A stretch of DNA of 64,000 nt, taken from Candidatus Iainarchaeum sp. (GTDB lineage: Archaea > Iainarchaeota > Iainarchaeia > Iainarchaeales > 1-14-0-10-31-34). The stretch lies in NCBI GenBank assembly GCA_017609625.1, contig JAFCDN010000004.1, forward strand, positions 948 to 64,947, given 5' to 3'. The notes below the pieces were generated by a model. The model saw only the letters and a program-made list of their open reading frames with translations. It did no database searches and was not told where the DNA came from. Of this stretch, positions 48,009 through 55,101 are shown one piece after another. Positions within the stretch are counted from its first letter, which is position 1. Each line of letters begins with the position of its first letter. The position numbers and the translations under genes were made by a program.

Positions 48009-49528
48009 TTTTTCAGCCTCTTAATTACTCCTTTTGTTGCATCAACCTCTACTTTTTCGCTGTCTTTTAGGATTTTTGTTGCAACTTTTGTGCCAATAAC
48101 ACAAGGAATATTCAATTCACGAGAAACAATTGCCGCATGGCATGTAATTCCCCCTATATCAGTTATTATTGCCCCTGCTTTTTTCATTGCTGGAACCAAA
48201 TTCGGATTGGTTGAATGAGAAACCATTACATCTCCTTGATTCATCTTAAAGATTTCGTTTGGATGGTTTACTACTTTCACTCTGCCTTTAACAAAGCCAG
48301 GAACTGCAGTGCTTCCAAACAATTTGTTTGTTTTTTTTATTTTTATTGACTTGAAAACTTTATTGAAAAAAGCTCTTGCTTTTTTTCCTGACAAAATTTC
48401 TTCTTTTTTATTAATCCATTTAACTATAACAAAATCTATTCTGCTGTTCAACTCTTTTTCAGAAAAATTTTTGTAAAGTAAAGCAGGCTTTAATTCTTCT
48501 GGAAGAAAAAATCTTGCCTGAGTTAAAGAAAGATGCAGTCTTCTTCCAATTTCCCTAAAAAGTTTTTCTGAGACAAAACAGGAAAAATACATTGCATCTT
48601 TTCTATAGGCTTTCAAGTAAACTGAATCAGACAATATTTTGAAGTAAAGTTTTTCTTTTTCAGCTAAAGGCAGTTTTTTCATGAAATTCTTTTTTTTCTT
48701 TATTAAGCTTTTTGGCTCTCCTTTCCTTAATTTTATTTCTTCTTTTGTTAAGTATTGTTTTGCCATAGAAGACAAAATTTCAATAAAATAAGCTTTATTC
48801 CACGCAGGGCCTTCATACATAAAAGGCAGCCACAGCCATTTATTATAGTGCTTGTTTAATTTTTTTGAAAAAACAGGAAAATTTGAAAGTTGTTTTTCTA
48901 TTTCTTTTTCTGATTTCTTTCTGAACAAATTAAATAAGTTTGGTTTTGAAAGCAGTTCTAAATACAGATTAAAAATTTCTTTTTCCTGTTTTTGCATATT
49001 GGAGAGTTTTTCAGGAGTTGAAACCAAAGAAAAAGCTTCTGCAAGAGATTCATTTAAATCATATCTTTCAATTTTTTTCTTTAAAACTGACTGAATGAAC
49101 TTAGTGTACAATTCATTTTCCCATTCAGTTAACTGCAAAACATGCCCTCCATTGCTGTGCGAAAGAGCATAACTTTTAATGTATTCTGCAGCCAAATCTG
49201 CAAGTTTTTTGTCTGAAATTTTTTTCAGGTTTGTTTTAAGGATTTTCTGGGAAACTTTTTTGTATTTTCTTGCAAACTTCAGCAGATTCTTGTGTTCTTC
49301 TTCAACTAGTTCAGGGTTTTTTACTATTTTTTTTATTAAGCTTTTCGCGGCTTTATCAAATTGTTTTCTGTCAAACAAAATTTCAGTATTTTTTGAATGA
49401 AAAGAACATGCTCCGTCAATTCTTATCCCGTACTTTTCTTTTAATTCAACACAAACATATCTCTGAAATGCAAGCATGTGAGCAGGATGAAGTTTTCTGA
49501 TGGATTCCATTGAAAACCATCTGCTCAT
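48005..49528 (-). CDS. paralog 2 of 5: N-terminal domain + PEP-utilizing phosphohistidine domain
   Basis: 507 aa; C-terminus ...GGITCHAAIVSRELNIPCVIG. Confidence 0.7.
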   Translation of the reverse strand: MSRWFSMESIRKLHPAHMLAFQRYVCVELKEKYGIRIDGACSFHSKNTEILFDRKQFDKAAKSLIKKIVKNPELVEEEHKNLLKFARKYKKVSQKILKTNLKKISDKKLADLAAEYIKSYALSHSNGGHVLQLTEWENELYTKFIQSVLKKKIERYDLNESLAEAFSLVSTPEKLSNMQKQEKEIFNLYLELLSKPNLFNLFRKKSEKEIEKQLSNFPVFSKKLNKHYNKWLWLPFMYEGPAWNKAYFIEILSSMAKQYLTKEEIKLRKGEPKSLIKKKKNFMKKLPLAEKEKLYFKILSDSVYLKAYRKDAMYFSCFVSEKLFREIGRRLHLSLTQARFFLPEELKPALLYKNFSEKELNSRIDFVIVKWINKKEEILSGKKARAFFNKVFKSIKIKKTNKLFGSTAVPGFVKGRVKVVNHPNEIFKMNQGDVMVSHSTNPNLVPAMKKAGAIITDIGGITCHAAIVSRELNIPCVIGTKVATKILKDSEKVEVDATKGVIKRLKK

Positions 49529-51012
49529 GCTTTCACCTTTCTTATAATTCCTTTTCCTGCGTCTATTTCAATTAGTTCATTATTCTTTAAAACTCTTGTA
49601 GCAATTTTGGTTCCAATCACACACGGCTTTTTAAATTCCCTGCTCATTATTGCAGCATGAGAAAGCATTCCTCCTTCGTCAGTTATTATTGCAACAGCTT
49701 TTTTCATTGCAGGAACAAACTGAGGCAAAGTAGTTCCTGCAACTAAAACATAGCCTTTTGGGAAGGAAGGTAAATCATTCATTGAATTAACTAACTTAAC
49801 TTTTCCTTTAACTTTTCCAGGAAAACCTGTTTCTCCTTGAATCTCAATCATTTCCTGGATTTTTTTCAATTCAGCCAAATAAGGTTCAGAATATTCTTTC
49901 AGTTCTCTTCCAACCAAAACCCTGACTTTTCCTTTCTCAAAAATTAATGCATGACCTTCTTCTCTTGCATTTATTTCATCCAAATGTTTTTTAGTTAAAG
50001 GTTTTTCAAAAAGAGAAAGAAGCTCTTTATTCTGCATTTCAACTATTTGGTTAAAGGAAAGAGAAAATCTTTTTGCTGTTTCAATCATAAAAGGTCTCAT
50101 CTTAAAGGCAACAAAAGAATAGTATTCATCACAAAGAGTTGAAGCATATAAAGCAAAACGAATATTCTTTATTTTTTGTTTTTCTTTTTCTGAAAGATTC
50201 AGCTTAAGCACCATTTCTTTTACTTGTTCTCTGTTTCTCTTGAAACGGTTCTTTTCTTCAAAAAGCTCTTTTTCCAACTTTGAAACTGGTTTTCTGATCA
50301 GCTTTTCCATTTTTTTTTCAAAATCTTTTTCGGTTAAAGGCTCGCCGTCATACATGTACACTCCAAAAAAACCAAATTTTCCAGCATGCTTTTTCAGTTC
50401 TTTGTTAAACAATCCTTTGCTTAATCCTTTCCTCTTTTTTACAGCGATTTTAAGCAAATTAATTTTCTCTTTATGCATTTCAATAGGTTTATACAAACTC
50501 AGTATTGTTTCCATATAATTGTTTAATTTTTTAGGGTTGCTGACTTTTTCTTTCAGAAAAGCAATTATTTCTTGAGGGTAATATTCCTGCAAAACTCTGT
50601 AATCATAAGTAAAGGCAAAAACCTTCACATATAAATCAAAATACTTTTTAAACAGACTTTTAAGTTCTTTATTTGATTTTTTCTCTAGATTCATTCTGTT
50701 TAGCTTTTCAGAAAACTTTTTTGCTTTAATGAATTCATTAAACCAGGACTGCATCCAAGGAATAATTTTGTCTTCATTTTTTTTGCACATTTGAATATAA
50801 TTTTTCCAGTCTTCTGTGGAAACTCCCCTTCCACCAAAAGCCTGTCTGTAAGTTTTTATTTTAGTTTTTTTGTCATGGAATTCAGTGAAATGGTCTTTTA
50901 GTCCGTAAGCAACTGCATCCACAACCAAAATATTAACAGGTTTTCCTTTTCTGCTGAACTCTATCCAATCCATAATTAAACCTTTTTTGGCTTTGCTTTT
51001 TTTTGGATTCAT
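49525..51012 (-). CDS. paralog 1 of 5: N-terminal domain + PEP-utilizing phosphohistidine domain
   Basis: 495 aa; C-terminus ...GGMLSHAAIMSREFKKPCVIG; most divergent N-terminal region; first gene of the operon. Confidence 0.7.
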   Translation of the reverse strand: MNPKKSKAKKGLIMDWIEFSRKGKPVNILVVDAVAYGLKDHFTEFHDKKTKIKTYRQAFGGRGVSTEDWKNYIQMCKKNEDKIIPWMQSWFNEFIKAKKFSEKLNRMNLEKKSNKELKSLFKKYFDLYVKVFAFTYDYRVLQEYYPQEIIAFLKEKVSNPKKLNNYMETILSLYKPIEMHKEKINLLKIAVKKRKGLSKGLFNKELKKHAGKFGFFGVYMYDGEPLTEKDFEKKMEKLIRKPVSKLEKELFEEKNRFKRNREQVKEMVLKLNLSEKEKQKIKNIRFALYASTLCDEYYSFVAFKMRPFMIETAKRFSLSFNQIVEMQNKELLSLFEKPLTKKHLDEINAREEGHALIFEKGKVRVLVGRELKEYSEPYLAELKKIQEMIEIQGETGFPGKVKGKVKLVNSMNDLPSFPKGYVLVAGTTLPQFVPAMKKAVAIITDEGGMLSHAAIMSREFKKPCVIGTKIATRVLKNNELIEIDAGKGIIRKVKA

Positions 51013-51045
51013 TCCACTGTATATGGAAATTCAAATAAATAAAGC

Positions 51046-51063
51046 TTGCCTTTTGAAAGGCAA
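51046..51063. promoter_or_regulatory. palindrome TTGCCTTT-tg-AAAGGCAA upstream of the five-paralog operon
   Basis: perfect 8-bp arms located 34-51 nt upstream of the paralog-1 start codon (51012). Confidence 0.35.
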
Positions 51064-51066
51064 ACT

Positions 51067-51453
51067 TTAGATTCCGCCTCTGACACCTTTTAATCTGCAC
51101 CAAGGCATCTTAGGGCCAACAATAACCGGATCCTGTTTTTTTGGATCCATTATTACAACGTTTTTTCTTGCGTATTTATTCCATCTGCTCCAGCTCTTTA
51201 AATAATTAAAATGAGTTCTGATCATAAAAAAGAAAAGCAAACCAGCAACAATAACTAAAGCATTATTGAATAAAGACTGCCATAAGAAAAGCAAAAAAAC
51301 AAGAGTAAAAATCCAGAACATAATCCAGTAATAAAGTTCAGAGGTTTTATGGGAAAAATATTTTCTTCCAACTTCATCTCTTTTTTCTCTAGGCAAAGTT
51401 TTAGGGTCAATATTCATGTCAGTTGCATGACCTCTAATCATTTTCAAACTCAT
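51067..51453 (-). CDS. small membrane protein
   Basis: 128 aa; two TM helices. Confidence 0.35.
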   Translation of the reverse strand: MSLKMIRGHATDMNIDPKTLPREKRDEVGRKYFSHKTSELYYWIMFWIFTLVFLLFLWQSLFNNALVIVAGLLFFFMIRTHFNYLKSWSRWNKYARKNVVIMDPKKQDPVIVGPKMPWCRLKGVRGGI

Positions 51454-51478
51454 AATTTCACCTCCAAAACTCTGCTAG

Positions 51479-51820
51479 TCAGTTTCTTCCTCCGACTCCG
51501 TCTACTCTTGTAACAAACTTTGACTCCCAAATCTGCTTGTCATCCAGCTTGTCTCCATAATCAAACTGGGCTTTTAAAGTTAAAGGCAGTAAAGGAACCA
51601 AAAACAACAAAAACAACGGATTAAATAAAATACTTGAAACAACAACAACTCCATCCAAACCCATAAAAGCAAAATATTTTCCTTTCAATGATTCAACTAA
51701 AAAAAACCAGTCAAAGTATTCTTTTACAATTCTTTTTCTGGTTTTATATTCCAAATCTTTAGGGTTAACTGTAACCTCAAAATTTTCAGATTCAATTAAT
51801 CTTAAAGGAACTTCTTTCAT
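51479..51820 (-). CDS. small membrane protein
   Basis: 113 aa; hydrophobic central segment. Confidence 0.3.
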   Translation of the reverse strand: MKEVPLRLIESENFEVTVNPKDLEYKTRKRIVKEYFDWFFLVESLKGKYFAFMGLDGVVVVSSILFNPLFLLFLVPLLPLTLKAQFDYGDKLDDKQIWESKFVTRVDGVGGRN

Positions 51821-51844
51821 ACTCCCACCAAAAACTCCCTTTTA

Positions 51845-52065
51845 TACATAATAGCGCAGGCAGGCTTAAAAGAAATTTACCCGATTTATAACGGGTTTAA
51901 AACCAGTGCAAAAAGCCGTTATATAACGGCTTTCGCCAGTTTTGGTTGGCAGGTACTAGACACCACGCTTTGCATGGGGCTAGCACGGCTGAAAGCCGTC
52001 ACCGTTACACCCACACGGAAGCGGGTCATGCGTCGGTACTCGCGCTCAAAAGCGCGATGATAAAA
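51845..52065. ncRNA. candidate structured ncRNA (class unassigned)
   Basis: about 220-nt GC-rich island (about 50% GC in 30% GC DNA) with multiple perfect hairpins (CCCGATTTATAACGGG, GCCGTTATATAACGGC, GCGCTCAAAAGCGCGC, GGCTGAAAGCC); no ORF. Confidence 0.3.
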
Positions 52066-52068
52066 CTA

Positions 52069-52734
52069 TTACCTTCCAAACGTGTTTTCCAGAATAAAAG
52101 GCATTAATTTTTCTTCTGCTTTTCTTAAGTGCTCCTGAAAGGTTGAAGGAGATACTTTCATTGTTTTGCTAAGTCTTTCTATGTTTGTTTTTCTTGGATA
52201 TTCATAATAGCCTTGTTGATAGGCTATTGAAACAGCGTTTTTTTGCTTTTCTGTGAGCTTTGGCATTAAATGAGGCAGGTAGATATCTGTTACTTTGTCT
52301 TTTTTTATGCTGAAATCATATATCTTTAGCCATTTCTTTACTTTTTTCATGAAATTTGTAAGGTTTTTTTTGTCCCAAGAACCAAACTCTATATACTCAT
52401 AGCCGTCTGGTTTTACTGTAACCGGCTTAATGAAAAAAATCTCTGGAGTGAAATACATCTGCAAATGAGTTTCTTTTACAGGAGCTTCATAAGCATAAAC
52501 TACAAAATCTCCTTCTATTTCTACGTTTTTGTATTTGGGTTGTTTTTTTACAAATTGAAAGTATTTTTCTTTTCCTTTTTTGTCTCCAATCACTAAATGC
52601 CCTGCAGTTAAGTGAACTGTTTTTTCATCTATAACAGTATTTAACGGAAAAGCTAAAATCGTTACATTAAATTTTTTGGCTGCCTCTATTGCTAAAGAGT
52701 TCTTATGCCAGAACTTCATTTTTGCTACCCACAT
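52069..52734 (-). CDS. HTH_10 (Bat-like) domain transcriptional regulator, putative
   Basis: 221 aa; C-terminal YYEYPRKTNIERLSKTMKVSPSTFQEHLRKAEEKLM resembles the HTH_10/Bat DNA-binding domain. Confidence 0.4.
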   Translation of the reverse strand: MWVAKMKFWHKNSLAIEAAKKFNVTILAFPLNTVIDEKTVHLTAGHLVIGDKKGKEKYFQFVKKQPKYKNVEIEGDFVVYAYEAPVKETHLQMYFTPEIFFIKPVTVKPDGYEYIEFGSWDKKNLTNFMKKVKKWLKIYDFSIKKDKVTDIYLPHLMPKLTEKQKNAVSIAYQQGYYEYPRKTNIERLSKTMKVSPSTFQEHLRKAEEKLMPFILENTFGR

Positions 52735-52785
52735 GAAGAATAAATAGTGCTTTGGAAAATAAAAGGCTTTTGTTAAAGAGGATTA

Positions 52786-53328
52786 TTACTGTCCTCGTCT
52801 GATTCTATTGCGAGTGGATTCCAACTCGTCCAAAGACATTATACCACAGTCTGGAAACTTAAATCTAGCATAGTTATGATACTTTGTAGCATAAATTATT
52901 TGGGCATGAACATTGTGCCTAAGCATTTCTTCTGTTTCTCCTAAAACTCCTTTTGAGCCAACCAATATCATGCGTGCATCCATGCAAAGAGAGTTTAATC
53001 TTTGCATAGTGAGATTTACTTTTTTTATTTGTGCAGGAGACGGAGGTTTGTCACTTTTAAAAATAGCTTTAAACTGGGCATTAAGCTTTGGACCTACAAT
53101 AAGAATTACCTTAAATTTCCTGATAAAATCTCTTTTAGGAATAAAAGTAGGAGAATAAAATGGTTTCTTTGCAGTTTTCTTTCTTGCAGTTTTCTTTCTT
53201 GCAGTTTTCTTTCTTGCAGTTTTCTTTCTTGCAGTTTTCTTTCTTGCAGTTTTCTTTCTTGCAGTTTTCTTTCTTGCAGTTTTTTTCTTTGCAGTTTTTC
53301 GTACAAGTATTTTTTTTGACCCAGGCAT
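52786..53328 (-). CDS. protein with N-terminal (KTARK)8 basic repeat tail and unassigned C-terminal domain
   Basis: 180 aa; eight tandem KTARK pentapeptides encoded by a perfect 15-bp DNA repeat; C-terminal ~120-aa domain unrecognised (faint LOG/SLOG-like GxxGxLGETEE). Confidence 0.45.
   Translation of the reverse strand: MPGSKKILVRKTAKKKTARKKTARKKTARKKTARKKTARKKTARKKTARKKTAKKPFYSPTFIPKRDFIRKFKVILIVGPKLNAQFKAIFKSDKPPSPAQIKKVNLTMQRLNSLCMDARMILVGSKGVLGETEEMLRHNVHAQIIYATKYHNYARFKFPDCGIMSLDELESTRNRIRRGQ
53171..53290. repeat. 15-bp tandem repeat x8 (unit GCAGTTTTCTTTCTT) inside a CDS
   Basis: seven perfect units plus a degenerate flanking copy, read directly from the sequence. Confidence 0.9.
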
Positions 53329-53390
53329 AGATATTCTATAGAACCATCAAGCTTTTAAATTTCGGTTGCCTAATAGAAAAGGGAAAAGAA

Positions 53391-53720
53391 ATGAGCGAAG
53401 TTTTGTTAGGTTATGTTCCATGCAAAAATAAAAAGCAGGCAGAAAAGATTGCAAATGCATTGCTTGAAAGAAGACTGATTGCTTGCGCAAATATTGTTCC
53501 AGCAGTAAATTCCTGCTACAGATGGGAAGGGGAAATCTGCAGCGAAGAAGAATCATTATTGCTGGTTAAAACAATTAAATCAAAAAGAAAGTTAGTGGAA
53601 AAAGTAGTGAAAAGAGAACACTCATACAAAATTCCTTGCATTGGCTTTTTGAAGTTTGAAGACATAAACAAAGAATATGAATTATGGGTAAAAAAAGAAA
53701 CAGTAAGGGGATTAATGTGA
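53391..53720 (+). CDS. cutA: divalent-cation tolerance protein CutA
   Basis: 109 aa; conserved CutA1 pattern (LIACANIVP...YRWEGEI...HSYKIPCI). Confidence 0.7.
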   Translation: MSEVLLGYVPCKNKKQAEKIANALLERRLIACANIVPAVNSCYRWEGEICSEEESLLLVKTIKSKRKLVEKVVKREHSYKIPCIGFLKFEDINKEYELWVKKETVRGLM

Positions 53721-55096
53721 AAGACTTGGATTATTTTTTCTATCCAAAAAGTGTTGCAGTAATCGGCGCTTCAGGAAAAAAAAATAAAATAGGAAATGTG
53801 ATAATGCAGAATATGGTTAAAGCAGGGTATAAAGGAAAACTGATTCCGGTTAATCTGCATGAAAAAAAAATCCTTGGAAGAAAATGTTTTTCTTCTATAA
53901 AGAAGGCGCCGAAAACTGATATGGCTATTATTGCTATTCCTGCAAGGTTTGTTCCAAAAACAATAATTGAATGCGCTAAAGCAAAAGTAAAAGCAGTAAT
54001 AATTGTTTCAGCTGGATTTAATGAAGTTGGAAACACTGCAATAACAAAAGAATTGTTTCAGGCAATGCAAAAATATCCAGAGATGAGAGTATTAGGGCCA
54101 AACTGCCTTGGAGTATTGCACGTAAAACAAGGAGTAGACACAATGTTTTTGCCAAGAGAAAGGCTTGGAAGAACACCAGATGGGAGGATTTCTTTTGCAA
54201 GCCAATCAGGCGCAGTTGGAAGCACTTTGATTGACTGGGCCGCAATGAAATTTTATGGGATAAACAAATTCATTTCTTTTGGAAATGCACTGGATATAAC
54301 AGTAACAGATTTACTTGAATATTTGAATAAAGATGAAAAAACCAAAGTAATTTGTTTGTATATTGAAGGATTAGAAGAAGGACGGACTTTTTTGGAAACC
54401 GCAAAAAAAGTCAGCAAAACAACTCCAATTGTAGTGTTAAAAGGAGGCACAACAGAACCAGGAAAAAAAGCAGCAGTATCGCATACTGGAAGTATTGCAG
54501 GAGAAGCAAGAGTAATAAAAGCTGCATTCAAACAGGGCCATATGATTGAAGCAAAAACTTTTGAGCATTTATTTAATTTTGCAAGAGTGCTTTCAAACGA
54601 ACCTTTAACAAAAGGAAAAAAAGTGCAGATAATAACTGACGGAGGAGGCTATGCAGTTTTAGCAGCAGACACTGTAATCAAAAGCGGGTTAGAACTTGCA
54701 AGAATGAGCAAAAAAAGTTTTAATAAACTCAGAAAAGTAGTTCCGCCTCACGCAGAACTAAAAGAAGTAATTGATTTAACCGGAGACGCAACAAAAGAAA
54801 TGTATAAAGTTGCAACACAAGCTGCTCTTAAAGACAAAAATGTTGACATGATTTTATTGATTGTATTATTCCCGCCTCCGTTATTAGAGAAAGAAGTTGT
54901 ATATGAAATAATTAAACTGCATAAAAAACAAAAAAAACCAATTATTGTTGTTTCTGCAAGCGGACATTATACTGAAGAACAGAAAAGTATTCTGGAAAAA
55001 GAATTTGTCCCGACATTTACTTTTCCAGAAGATGCAGCAGAAGCTTTGAAGGCATTATATGATTATTCTTTGTTCAGGGGAAAAATTAAGAGGTGA
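53684..55096 (+). CDS. acetyl-CoA synthetase (ADP-forming) alpha-subunit-like CoA-binding protein
   Basis: 470 aa; succinyl-CoA synthetase-like CoA-binding domain (VAVIGASGKKNKIGN) and CoA-ligase domain; no fused beta ATP-grasp. Confidence 0.55.
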   Translation: MGKKRNSKGINVKDLDYFFYPKSVAVIGASGKKNKIGNVIMQNMVKAGYKGKLIPVNLHEKKILGRKCFSSIKKAPKTDMAIIAIPARFVPKTIIECAKAKVKAVIIVSAGFNEVGNTAITKELFQAMQKYPEMRVLGPNCLGVLHVKQGVDTMFLPRERLGRTPDGRISFASQSGAVGSTLIDWAAMKFYGINKFISFGNALDITVTDLLEYLNKDEKTKVICLYIEGLEEGRTFLETAKKVSKTTPIVVLKGGTTEPGKKAAVSHTGSIAGEARVIKAAFKQGHMIEAKTFEHLFNFARVLSNEPLTKGKKVQIITDGGGYAVLAADTVIKSGLELARMSKKSFNKLRKVVPPHAELKEVIDLTGDATKEMYKVATQAALKDKNVDMILLIVLFPPPLLEKEVVYEIIKLHKKQKKPIIVVSASGHYTEEQKSILEKEFVPTFTFPEDAAEALKALYDYSLFRGKIKR

Positions 55097-55101
55097 ATTA
55101 A

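Noticed and set aside
52786-53328. CRISPR array suspected from regular short repeats
   Set aside because: The repeat unit is 15 bp with no spacers and lies in frame within a CDS; it is a coding tandem repeat.
53684-55096. full ADP-forming acetyl-CoA synthetase (alpha+beta)
   Set aside because: Only the alpha (CoA-binding/ligase) portion is present at 470 aa. No beta ATP-grasp subunit is adjacent, so it is called alpha-like only.
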